Source: Batkoa obscura
Taxonomy: Eukaryota
DNA: 64,000 bases
Assembly (NCBI GenBank): GCA_030770535.1
Contig: JASVEC010000021.1
Coordinates: 1 to 64,000, forward strand
Direction: 5' to 3'
Shown here: in pieces, positions 46,423 through 58,452 of the stretch
How positions within the stretch are numbered: the stretch's first letter is position 1
Layout: each line of letters begins with the position of its first letter
Position numbers and translations under genes: made by a program
Notes under the pieces: model-generated
What the model saw: the letters and a program-made list of their open reading frames with translations, nothing else
Database searches by the model: none
What the model was told of the DNA's origin: nothing

Positions 46423-47935
46423 ATGTCTTCCCTCAATTCCGGCTCCTCTAGAATTAATAATGGTAATAAAATATAATCCGTTTTTATACTAAAACTGACC
46501 TTGAAAGGGATGGTGACCTCTCCTTATGTAGTGAAAGTTAATGTCCATTCTAAAGCAGGAGAAAGCTTTGAACTCTCATATAATAAAACCGCAGCTGTTG
46601 GTAACGGTTCATTTGGAGTTGTTTATCATGCACGTATTTCTGAAACAAACGAAGAAGTGGCAATTAAGAAAGTATTACAAGACAAGCGCTTTAAGGTAAC
46701 TTTTATCAAAAGATATTTTAAAATAATCTTAGATCCGTAGAATCGTGAACTACAAATCATGCGACTTATAAATCATCCTAACATTGTTGACTTAAAATAT
46801 TATTTTTATACCAACGGCAAAAAAGTAAACTTAAGAGCTAACCTTTTACTACTTTATTTTTAACTATTCAAATAGAAAGATGAAATTTATTTGAGCTTGA
46901 TCCTTGAGTTTATGCCTGAAACTATTTATCGCGCCTCGAGGAACTTTGTTAGAGCTAGAGAACTTATGCCACTTATCCTTGTGAAGCTTTATACTTATCA
47001 AATTGTTAGATCATTGATTTATATACATAGTATGGGTATCTGTCATCGTGATATTAAACCACAAAATATTCTTTTGGATGCAAAAAGCGGGGTTTTGAAA
47101 TTATGTGATTTTGGAAGGTACTTTAGTATACAAATTAAAGAATTAATATTAATATTTAGTGCTAAAGTACTTACTAAAGGTGAACCCAATGTAGCATATA
47201 TATGCTCTCGTTACTATCGTGCCCCTGAACTGGTTTTTGGAGCAACAGCTTACACTACTAAGATAGGTAATAAAATGATTAAATTAATAAATTAATAAAT
47301 TTAGTAAATTTTATTAGATGTATGGTCAACCGGTTGTGTTATGGCAGAGTTAATGCTTGGACGCCCCTTATTCCCTGGTGATACTGGTTTAGATCAATTA
47401 ATTGAAATTATAAAAGTCCTTGGAACTCCAACCCATGAACAAGTAATGGCAATGAATCCAAATTATTTGGAACATCGATTCCCACAAATCCAACGTAAAC
47501 CATTTTCAAGGGTAAAGTGATATATAGATATAAAATATTATACTTATATATATAGGTGCTTTCCAATTATCCTAATGCCAATTTGGCATTTGATTTGTTG
47601 GAAAAAATGCTCGTTTATGATCCAAAGGAACGTATTTCTGCTGTTGAAGCATTAGCACATCCATTTTTTGATGAACTTCGTCAACCTGATTTAAAACTTC
47701 CAACTGGAACTGCAATACCCAATTTGTTTAATTTTACGGCACAAGGTATAATCCATGGCTAAATTTTATTAAATATATACTAATATTATTAGAACTTTCG
47801 GTTCAACCTGAATTAATAAGTAAGATTGTCCCATCTTATGCTGAACAAAGTGTGCTTCGTTCCTTAGGAATAAGTGATTTTTCTCAATTTCAGCCAATTC
47901 CACACCAACAAATGCGTGTTGCTTCTTTAGGTTAA
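46423..47935 (+). CDS. GSK3: Glycogen synthase kinase 3 family kinase, multi-exon
   Basis: [53 protein letters not shown]. Confidence 0.95.
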
Positions 47936-48415
47936 ATCTAATATATAATTAACTTATTTTAACCTAATTTAAAATAACCTTAATTTCGGGTTATGTTTCC
48001 CTTAACTTTTTTATATTCCTTAGAGCCATTTAAATTTGGTATTATATATTTTAATATCATCATATAATTGTGGATCATAAACTTTAAAAAATTTACTATT
48101 TATTATTTTATTTTTATTTATTTATACTATTTATGATACTATTATTAATAAATTGACTTTAGTATTGAAACTTTATGCATAGAAACTTAGAGTTTTTTAG
48201 AATTCAAACTACATTTGTAATTCTATTTACATCAATCACATCAAACTAAATTATAGATCATACTACTTCATAAATTTTAATTAGAGTATACTTAATATTA
48301 ATTTTAAATTAATTTTTATGTTAAACAAAAAGTCTACTCATTTGATTTTTATTAATTTACACATAAAAATCTATTCCTTTTTTATGCTATTTTTTGTCGT
48401 TAATATAATAATATA

Positions 48416-49561
48416 TTAAATCTGGAAGCGTACTCCAAACCCAAATTTACTTGCTCCTTTAAGATGGTCAAGCTCTGCTGATAGAGTTAAACTAAGAGGT
48501 GGTACAATATGTTCTTCCAAAACAGTAGAAACTTTTCCGGTAGTGTCAATAGAGGTACGCATAGTGGCAGCACTAAATTCGAATTTTGTTCCTAAAGTAC
48601 AAATAGCGTCCCTTTTACCTTGAGCTGCAATAATTTGAAGATCAACACCAGTTTCAGCCATTTCACTAACCTTATGGAAATAGCTAGCTTGAAGCATACC
48701 TTGATCCATCACTTGAGCAGTTAAAATGGATTCTGGCGTTGCATATTTTGCTGTAAAAGATAAAGATGAATCTTCCATCTCTTTACTAGTACGTTGGAAT
48801 AAAGCTTCTGAACCTAAAGCTAAGTTTTTTGTAATTGATTGTAAGTAACTGACAAGAAAAATTCCTGTTGAATCAGAAACAGAAGGATTAATAGCTTTAA
48901 TATTTAAAGCATTATCTGGACCGGCATAATCACTTTCAAGTTGAAGCATAGATTGTTGTACATTTAAACCTGTCTAAATAAATAGTTAAAATTATAAAAG
49001 TATACTGATAAATATTTTATACCTGAAGGAAGGCTTTTGCTTTTAATCCATTTCCTAAAATATAATGTAAACGTCCGCTAAAATTATATTCATTATCAAC
49101 TGAAGTTTGAGCGAAAACCTAAAATAATTTTAAAAAAAAAGAAATAGAGAATTAAAAAAAAGTACATTTTCATCAGAATAAACACCAATAAAATTATATG
49201 ATGAAGGCATTTGTGAAGATCCCAAAGTAAAAGAGTTATTTACTTGAAGATGATTACTAAAGGCCTTAATAAACTCGAAGCTTCCGCCTTCAATTAAAAA
49301 GTTTGAAGGTAAAACATCTAGGTGGTAAAAGATAAGTAAAAGAAGCGATTATAAAATTTTAAGATTACTTTTTACTTCACGATGTAATTCTTCATATACT
49401 CCTGGATTAGGTAAATTTAAGTTTGATTTGAAAGCATTTAATTTTTCTAATGCATTAAGTGGATTAATGGAATCCCAGAATGTTTTTGGTCTAATAGCTT
49501 CATTTACAATTGGATTAAGTTCCTTAGGTAAACTTCCTAATGACGACGATGGACTACTCAT
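48416..49561 (-). CDS. TOM40: Mitochondrial import channel Tom40, multi-exon
   Basis: LNLPNPGVYEELHREVK, beta-barrel strands, C-terminal ELDHLKGASKFGFG. Confidence 0.93.
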
Positions 49562-49939
49562 TTTATATATTAAGCGAAGTTTTTAAAAATCTCTTGAATA
49601 GAGCTTTCGTCTTAATTAGTAAAATAGTAATAGTAATTCGAAGCTGCTAATAATCCAAAATAAATTTTATGGGATTAATCATTTGACCAATAAATTATTG
49701 TCTTATATTTATGTAAAATGATAACAAAATAAAATTGGATAATAATATATATAGCATACAGTAGAGTACAAATATGAACTCATTATAAGTTAAAAGTTGA
49801 TAAGTTAAAGCTAGATTTAAAGAATATCGTTGGCATTTACAAGTTATCTTTTATCGCTTTATTTGTTATGAAACTATATATACAGAGATAGCACTAAGCA
49901 TAATTTTATATTTCTCAAATATTACACTTTTTAACAAAT

Positions 49940-50037
49940 GAGAGTGTTTTTTTGGCTTCATTATTTTTTCTATTTTTTAAGCGCTATTTAAGCGGAAAAT
50001 TTGTTAGTAGAATTCTTAAACACAAAAATACATCTCC
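49940..50037 (+). mobile_element. MITE copy 13
   Basis: GAGAGTGT...ACATCTCC, AAAT/AAAT TSD. Confidence 0.88.
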
Positions 50038-50558
50038 AAATAGTGTTTTTATAATTTATTTTAATGTATTTAAATTAAACTATTAATTATAAAAAAATAC
50101 TTTGGAAGTTGTGAACTTAATTATTTTTAATGTATGTAATGATAAACAAATAACTGAACAAAGCAGTTAAAGTTGAACAATCAAAACTAGTAAAATAGAA
50201 CTATAAATTTGATTATAATTAAGCTATACCAACAAAATTAATTATTTATAGTATGTTTCAATATTATAATTTCCAATTAACATCAATTCACTATTATCAG
50301 TATTAACTATGAAATACTGAAGCTAGTAAATTACAATTATGATTTTGGTTATAATTAAGCTATACTAACAAATTAATTATTTGCAGTATAGTAGAATAGA
50401 GTACTTTAAAATTAACATTAATTACTATAATAGATATTAATTATTGAAGCTTAAGTTTTTAAAATTAGATAATATAAAATTATTGTCAATCAAATGTTAC
50501 ATTAATTTATTAAAAGAAATCAATCAATACTATCAAGGACTGTAATACTCTTGTATTA

Positions 50559-50669
50559 TTAAGGCATTCTTCTTTCCTCGTATGGTTGAGGTAAGGCTAA
50601 AGCTAGGACTAGTAAAGTTAAAGTTACTAAAAGGTAACTCTTTTTGATAATGAATTTCTTGGCGGCCAT
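50559..50669 (-). CDS. Candidate 36-aa secreted-peptide sORF
   Basis: MAAKKFIIKKSYLLVTLTLLVLALALPQPYEERRMP*; signal-peptide-like; TATAAAA about 60 bp upstream. Confidence 0.4.
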   Translation of the reverse strand: MAAKKFIIKKSYLLVTLTLLVLALALPQPYEERRMP

Positions 50670-51457
50670 AATATTAAGTAAGTTAATTGTTTAATTTTTT
50701 ATTTAACTTTTAGCTTTTCACTTTCTCTTTTATACTTTTTCTTAATCCCCTTTTCGTACTTTTGTTACCCCATTCTTTTTAACTTTAACTAAAATCAGCT
50801 AACTTGATGTGGAGTTGGTTTTTATTTTTATATATTAAGCAAAATCTATTAAACACGTGGAATCTTTTGTTACAAAACAAGTAATAAAAGAAGCTTATAT
50901 TTTATATAAAGTGTATGTTTGAGAATTAAATCTAGACTATTTTTATTTGATTTAATTATTACTATTAACAACTATTATTATTTATAAGTTAATAATGTTT
51001 GATGTTGACTTTGGGTATAAATTAAAGCATGTCAAATGCTCATCAAAAATGAATGTATCAAATAACAATTGTTAAATAAATATTAAAGTAATGATGATTA
51101 AAATAAATATTAGTAATATAAACAGATAGTAGAACCATTATAATAAATAATATATAATCCTTCAATAAAGTAATTAAAGAAATGAAAAAACATGATATAT
51201 ACACACTCCTCTTTATTTTGTTTTGGGTAGTTTTAAATTTATAGAAAAAAAGATCATTTATTAGTATAATTAATAATGTAAAAAACAAGTAACTAATTTA
51301 TTAAAGTAATACTTTTATAACTGAATATAGATATGTTTGATTTATTCGTACATTAAATTTATAAGCAACCAAGTATTATATATATTGACATATTAAATTA
51401 TAATAACTAAATAAATGTTGACTTTATTTGATAAAAATAGACTTTTGTTCATAAATA

Positions 51458-52591
51458 TTAAGGCAATTTTAATAAATGAACTTGCTCATCCCATGCACAA
51501 GTTGCTAATAAACTTGGAATATATAAATTAAAGTCAATTCCCATAGCAAATTCCCTATGCGCATCATGAACAAACACCATTGGGTTACCTTGAAGCTGGT
51601 CCAAATCCCATAGTCTTACTGTCATATCATAAGAAGAAGACGCTACTATATTTCCATGATGAGGAGAACAGCGCACTCTTCTAACTGCATATTGATGGCC
51701 CGCTAAATGTGCTATAGGCTGTCTTGGATTTCTTATGTCCCATAGTTTTATACTTTGGTCAGCCGACCCAGTAACTATTTGTCCTTGATTATATTTATTC
51801 CAATCCATTGATAATACTTCATGGTCATGTGCTGGTATAGTTAATGTTGAATTAGGGACTTTTAAATCCCACACCTTTAATGAATGATCTCCACTAACAG
51901 AAGCAAATAAATCGGGGTCATAAGGGGACCAACTAGCTTCATATACACAACCACTGTGTTCTTTGAATGTTGCTATTGATACTGCTCTATCTGGCCTAAA
52001 CTAATATAATTAATGATTAAATATAAATAAACTGATAATTTATTTACCACTTTAATCGTTTTATCCCAAGAACAAGATAGAAATAAATCCTTTTTAATTA
52101 AATTCCAATTCACACTAAAAACTTCTCTTTCGTGTTCCGACCAATTCATAATAGGAAAATCCTAAAATAAAATATTAGAAAATAAACAGGATATGAATTA
52201 ATTACATTTAGATTGGCATCCCATAGTTTTATACTACCATCACCACTGCATGTTATTAAATGGTTTTCATTTTCTTCACTCCAAGCAATGTCAAATAAAC
52301 CATCTTGTGTATCAAAGCTAAATAATTTATGCTAGATATCTTTTTTTTTTAAATTTATATCATTCTTTACATTTTCTCGATAACTATACCTTCGGGTGTA
52401 TCAGCTAATAGAAATAATCGACCATTACCTACTAATCCAAAATTGGCAGAAGACGCTACCGCTAATTTATTTTCAAAGAATGGATTGAATTGCACCTATA
52501 ATTAGACTTATTAAATTAAATCAACTTGTATTTTAGATCTTTTATTTACTGAATAGCCATTAAATCCTTCTGTAACTAATTGTTTAAACAT
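51458..52591 (-). CDS. PEX7: Peroxisomal targeting signal 2 receptor (WD40), multi-exon
   Basis: [60 protein letters not shown]. Confidence 0.95.
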
Positions 52592-53020
52592 TTAAAAAAG
52601 ACAAAATTTGATTTATTATAATAAAATTTTGATTTATTAACATTTGAAATTCTATTATAAAAATAAAGCTAGTTTAATTGGTTAATTTTCTGATTTTTGA
52701 CTTTTGATTTCGCAACTATAAAACTTGAATATTTAATATCCTTGTTTATATAATCATACAATCATACAATTATACAATTGTATACTCTAAAAAGCTAAAA
52801 TAATTAAACAATTGCTAAGAAAGTAATATACACTCTGATCTAAAGTTACTAAAATATTAGTTTCAAATTGTTCACGCTACTATTATTTAATATTTATTAA
52901 AATTACAATGCTCCTTTAATTTAATTTTGATGAAGAATAAGCAAACATGAATTTATTTTTGGAAAATAAAAAGACTAATTTTATTTCAGTTTTATTTTTT
53001 AGACTTTGACTTTTAATTTA

Positions 53021-54396
53021 ATGATTTATTTAAGAAAACAATTAATAAGAAACTGTTTAAAATTCAATAAACAATTTTATTCATCAAAATACATTATTGG
53101 TAATGATATATATAACAACGACTTTGATGACAACAACAATGAAGTCGTTTCAAAGGTAAGTTTAATATCATATTTTATTATTATTACTAACTTCAATTTA
53201 ATTTAAAGGGTGGTAGCTTTGTAGATTATAAATTAATTAAAGTGATGGGAGGTAATGGTGGAGATGGAACAGTGAGTTTCCATAGAGACAAAATTACTTC
53301 TTTTGGTCCACCTGATGGAGGGAACGGAGGGGAAGGGGGAAGTGTTTATTTTAAAGTAGATAAAAATGAAAGTACTTTGGCATCCCTCAAATATCGTTGT
53401 AGAGCAAAAGATGGTGTTAATGGCAAAGGAAAAGGTATGCATGGTCAAGCAGGAGAAGATCTATTTATAACTGTACCACTTGGAACGATCGTAAAAGAAG
53501 TAGACCCACCTAAAAGTGCCAATGTTTCTGAAAACTCGTTATTCAAAGGAAGTGATTTAACTAGTGAATACATAAATCAAGTAATGGAATTAGACGATGA
53601 TATGGCAAAATATTATAAAGTATATCCGGCGGCAAAACAAGACACTTTTGATTTTCCAGTACCAAGGCAAATAAAAGAAAATCAAAAAGAAAAGGTCAAG
53701 TTAGACTTGGATTTAAGAGAAGAAGGAAACTATATAATAGCGAATGGCGGGAAAGGTGGGTATGGAAATCCTCATTTCTCTACAAGAGATAGAAAATCAG
53801 CAATGATAGCTGAAAGAGGGCTAGAAGGGGAAGTTAAATATTTAGAATTAGAACTAAAAACAATAGCGGATTGCGGTTTAGTAGGTATGCCTAATGCAGG
53901 CAAATCTACTTTTTTAGCAGCAGTATCAAATGCACATCCAAAGATTGCACCTTATCCATTTACAACTTTAAACCCACATTTGGGGACAATTGATTACTCT
54001 GATTTTACACAAGTCACTATTGCAGATATTCCTGGTATAATCCCTGGAGCTCATATCAACAAGGGATTAGGACATACGTTTTTAAGGCACATAGAAAGAT
54101 CCAAGATTTTGATATATATTATAGATGTATCTCAAAAGGATCCATTAAATGATTTAAATATACTTATTAATGAATTAGAACAGTATAAACAAGGATTAAG
54201 TAAAAAAGCATCGATTGTTATTGCAAATAAGTCTGATTTATCAAATAGTAACATATTAACTCATTTCAAAAATTCACTACCAAATAATATGCAAATGATA
54301 CCAATTTCAGCCAAATATAAAAAAAATATTATTAAAGCAACAAATTTAATCAAAAGTTTAGTAAACAGTAATAAAAATAAAGAAATAGATTGTTAA
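53021..54396 (+). CDS. MTG2: Mitochondrial Obg-family GTPase (Mtg2/GTPBP5), 2 exons
   Basis: FVD..GGNGGDG..SF, GPPDGGNGGEGG, LELKTIADCGLVGMPNAGKST, YPFTTL, ADIPG, NKSD. Confidence 0.9.
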
Positions 54397-54630
54397 TATT
54401 TATTTAAATAAAAGCATAGACTATTATTTCTTATTTTCAGTTACATTTTTAACCTTTTAATAGTTAAGAAAATAAGTGAATTTATAAAAACTATCTTTTG
54501 ACATAGGGATGCTTAGTAAAAAATAAATCCATTTAAAGCTGAAGGAATTATTCTTAAACATTTAAATAAAATTTAATGATTAAAATGATTTGATATTAAA
54601 TAGTAAGAGCATGTTTGATACAAAGCAATG

Positions 54631-55972
54631 TTAAATCGATATGATAATGTCGGATGTTAATATCTGGTGACAAAAGGGACGACAGGTAGAATTTACACTT
54701 AGTATTTTTAAAAGAAACTCAAGTGGAAGGCATTCTTTATCGTTAGGTAAACTATGTGGAAGTTTGGATGATTTTTCATATTGACAATATAAGAGATCTT
54801 TTGGTAGATATTCCTTTAAGCTTTCAATCGTTCTTGGTTTACAATTACTATAGCGCCAAGGTAAATGGCCAGTTACCATATAATAGTATATTATACCACA
54901 AGACCAAACATCAGCTTTTCTTCCATCAAAGTCATAAGGATCAAACCCTTCTGGCGCAATGTATGGTTGCGACCCTACTGCCCCAGAGCATGGATAAACT
55001 ATATTTTGTTTCCATGGCTGTATGATTACCTCAGCAGATCCAAAATCGGATATCTTTAAGTTAGAATTAGAATCTAACAGTAGGTTCTCAGGTTTGATAT
55101 CACGGTGTACTACACCAGTTTGATGAAGGTAATTAACACCTTCTAGTAATTGTTTGAATAAAATATTTGCCTTTTGACAATTCATTGTTTTGGTTTGAAT
55201 AAGACTAAATAAATCTCCGTTTAAACAATACTCCATCACTTGGCACCATGATCCAAGTTCTTCATCGTAAACTAGATCCATAACTTGAACAATATTTTGA
55301 TGGCTTAAAGAAGACCCTATACAAAATTCAGAAGCTATTTTCTTTAAATACGATTTCTCTGTTTGGTCTTCCTTTTTCGGGACAAATCTTTTAATGGCAA
55401 ATAGCGATTTAGACAAACCATTGGTTGAAAATTTATGTGACAAACGAACAGTACTCGTTGCCCCAGAGCCGATAGTGTTCTTGTCACATTCACCGTACTT
55501 TTCAAATAGTATCGAGTGACGATTCTGTTGAATTTTTTTGTTTTTAGTGCTATTTATATGTAAAGAGAATCTGTTATCATCTTTGTTATTGTGCTTGACG
55601 TCGGACTTTAAAGTATCCTTTGACTGAGGGTTGTATGGTAAACTGACATCAAAGTTCAATACTGAGTCTGTTTTCTTTTTTACAAATTGCTTTTCATGTT
55701 TTAATCTAGCAAAATCTAAAAGCATTGATTGTGAATTAATACGTCTTAAAGAAGGTTTGGTACTCGATTCGTCAAATGAGTTGGTTAAAATGATAGCCTG
55801 GACTGATAAGTCAGCTACAACTGCAGGTAAAGGGGTTGAAAGGTTCAAAGAGAGATACTGAATATTTCGTAAATTTTTATTTTAAGATGCTTAAAACAGT
55901 ACTTACTTTTTCTTTTTTATTAAATTCTTTATTACCCCAAGTTGGAGAGCTTAATCCAGTACAAATTGGCAT
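54631..55972 (-). CDS. HAL/NPR-family (Sat4/Hrk1-like) Ser/Thr kinase, 2 exons
   Basis: IGSGATSTV, SEFCIGSSLSHQNIV, HRDIKPEN, DFG, GSQPYIAPE; a 22-codon first exon from 55972 splices in frame. Confidence 0.88.
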
Positions 55973-56808
55973 AAGATCTTATTTTATTTAGCTAATAAAA
56001 TCAGGAAAAAATGGAGATTCAGAGAGATTATATTAAAACAATTAACAAAGTTTCACCAACTATTTTTTATTTCAAAATATTAAATCTTCATCTAAATCCC
56101 CTACTTTTATATCAGTTAAACCTAAAACTAGCTTAATTTGAGTTCTTAGCTTGTTTAACTGGGTGATCGCCAAACTACTAAACAAATATGGTGGATTGAG
56201 ATATGCAGCATTTAATTCGCTAAATAAAAGCATAATTCCATGTCTTTTCTCACAAAATAATCTCGCAAAATTATCCGTTGTCATGAGATTTTATTTTTCA
56301 TAAATACCCTTTTAATGATATTACTTTAAGCCTAACCCAATCCCTCTTCTATTGTTTTATATGCTATAGTGATTGGTTACATTGTAGCATGGTTTGAAAT
56401 CAAGTGAAATTATTAATTATTTTAATTCATTTTAAGCATAATAAAAAGAATAATGATAGAAAATAAAATGATCTAAAATGACCTAAAAACTATGCCAAAG
56501 TTGAAATTAATATTTGCTGCAACTCTATTACAACCTAATTTGCGGTAGTTTTTGGAGCTAGTCATTTATTTTTTTATTTTTTCAAAGGTTAATCTTAAGA
56601 TTCTAAATGGTTCTAGCAAAATTTTATTCTTAAATGAGTAGTTAAAAAGGCTACAACGGTTGTTGCAGCAGCCATAGAGAGGAGATAATTTAAAAATAAA
56701 CCTACATGACTTAATAATTAGTTTACTATTATAATGAAACTTTCACCTAATTAATTTCAAACCTGAAAAAAAGTGATTTTGTTTTGCAAATGATCTTTTC
56801 TTTTATAT

Positions 56809-56905
56809 AGAGATGTTTTTTGGCTTCATTATTTTTTCCATCTTTTAAGCACTATTTGAGTGTAAAAATTATTAGTAAAATTCTTAAATACAAAAATATA
56901 TCCTC
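56809..56905 (+). mobile_element. MITE copy 14
   Basis: Homologous core, ATAT flanks. Confidence 0.85.
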
Positions 56906-56977
56906 ATATTGTATATATTCTTATTATTCAAAATTTTTACAGCTCTAATGAAAATAACTATTAAAAAACTAATATAT

Positions 56978-57074
56978 GAGGATATTTTTCTTAATTTCAT
57001 TATTTTTCCATTTTTAAGCATTATTTGAGTGGAAAAATTCTTGTTAAAATTCTTAAATACAAAAATATATCCCC
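56978..57074 (+). mobile_element. MITE copy 15
   Basis: GAGGATAT...ATATCCCC, ATAT/ATAT. Confidence 0.85.
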
Positions 57075-57258
57075 ATATCCTATCTATATTTTCAGATTAA
57101 ATTTTACATTATATTCCTGTCAAATCTTATGAAAATAAATTGCTTCTAAGGGAAATATGAAACAATAACAATATTATCACTTTTATGGTCTAATTTAATT
57201 ATTTTCAAAATCAATGTTGCTTCTCATAACATTTTATTAGGTTTCTTTACTATTGGTT

Positions 57259-58347
57259 TTACCAACTCAATTTTGTGACTTTAAGAGCGTTCGGTTCATT
57301 AGAAATAGTACACATAGTTTGATATATAATTTGCATATCAGCTAAATGTGATTTATCAGAATTAGGCGGTAACAGCTTACAAATCATAGATTATTATGAT
57401 AAACATAAATATAGATATAGAAATTACTTGTAAAACTTGATCAAATGGACATTCTCTTTCAGAATATTCTTTAATCATAAAATTGGTATTAAACCCATGA
57501 TAAATACGTGTATCTCTAACTCTAAATAATACATTATCAACTCGAAGTGAAAACCTTTGTAATAAAAAAAATCCACTTGGCATTACTCTCTAAACAAAAT
57601 GAATTAATAATTAATAGTTTCAATATCAAGTTATTTACTATTTTAACATTTAATACAGCACTTCCATTATCCCCTAATTCGTCTTCAAAAAGTATATTAT
57701 CAGCATAAAATAAAATAGGCTCAGTTTGTTTTAGGATTTCTAAATCTATACGATCCTTTATATTTTCTTCTATCTAAAAAATAATCAAATAAATCATTTT
57801 TTAAATTATTTAAGTTATTTACCTTAACTGTATCTCTTAAAGTATTAGTTCCTGAATAATTAGAAGTATAAGTCCAATCGTATGGATTAGCAACTTCTTT
57901 AACTTCATCCCAATCTTGTCTACAAAAAACAGAAATGTTTATATAAAAGTATTTAAAACCTTATTAGGTTACCTTTCTTTATACCATGCTTCAGAATAAG
58001 CAACCTTTAATTTTGAAGAATTTTCACTAGTATCGACTAGCTTCAAAGCTTCTATAGGATTAAAATTGATATTTATACCCAAATTTTCATTTTTAACCGT
58101 TACTTTATTATTGCCAAATATCATTTCTGGCAAAGGTAAGTTCAATTCCTTTGAGTAGCTAAATAATTTAAATTTAGAATTTAAAACTAAGATTTATTTA
58201 CTCGTCAATCTCAGAACTAGATAATATACTTGATTTTTTTGATGATATCTCCCATCCTTTAATTCTTATACCGTTACCATCATTTGATTCAAATAACTCA
58301 GGTATCTGACTATTAGTTAAGCTTGGATGTGGTAAAGTTCTCTGCAT
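57259..58347 (-). CDS. TIP41: TIP41-like PP2A/Tap42 regulator, multi-exon
   Basis: LPLPEMIFGNN, PYDWTYTSNY, LFEDELGDNG, RVMPSGFFLLQRFSLRVDNV..RVRDTRIY. Confidence 0.94.
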
Positions 58348-58452
58348 AGTAAATATAAAAAAGCAAAAGATAGAGCTTGAATGATGTCATGCTAAATTTT
58401 ATAAAATGACACCATAAAAATTTCATTAAACTTTTTTAAGTTATTTAGTAAA

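Noticed and set aside
51058..51288. Hydrophobic 76-aa ORF
   Set aside because: TTG start and F/I/L/Y composition expected from AT-rich non-coding DNA.
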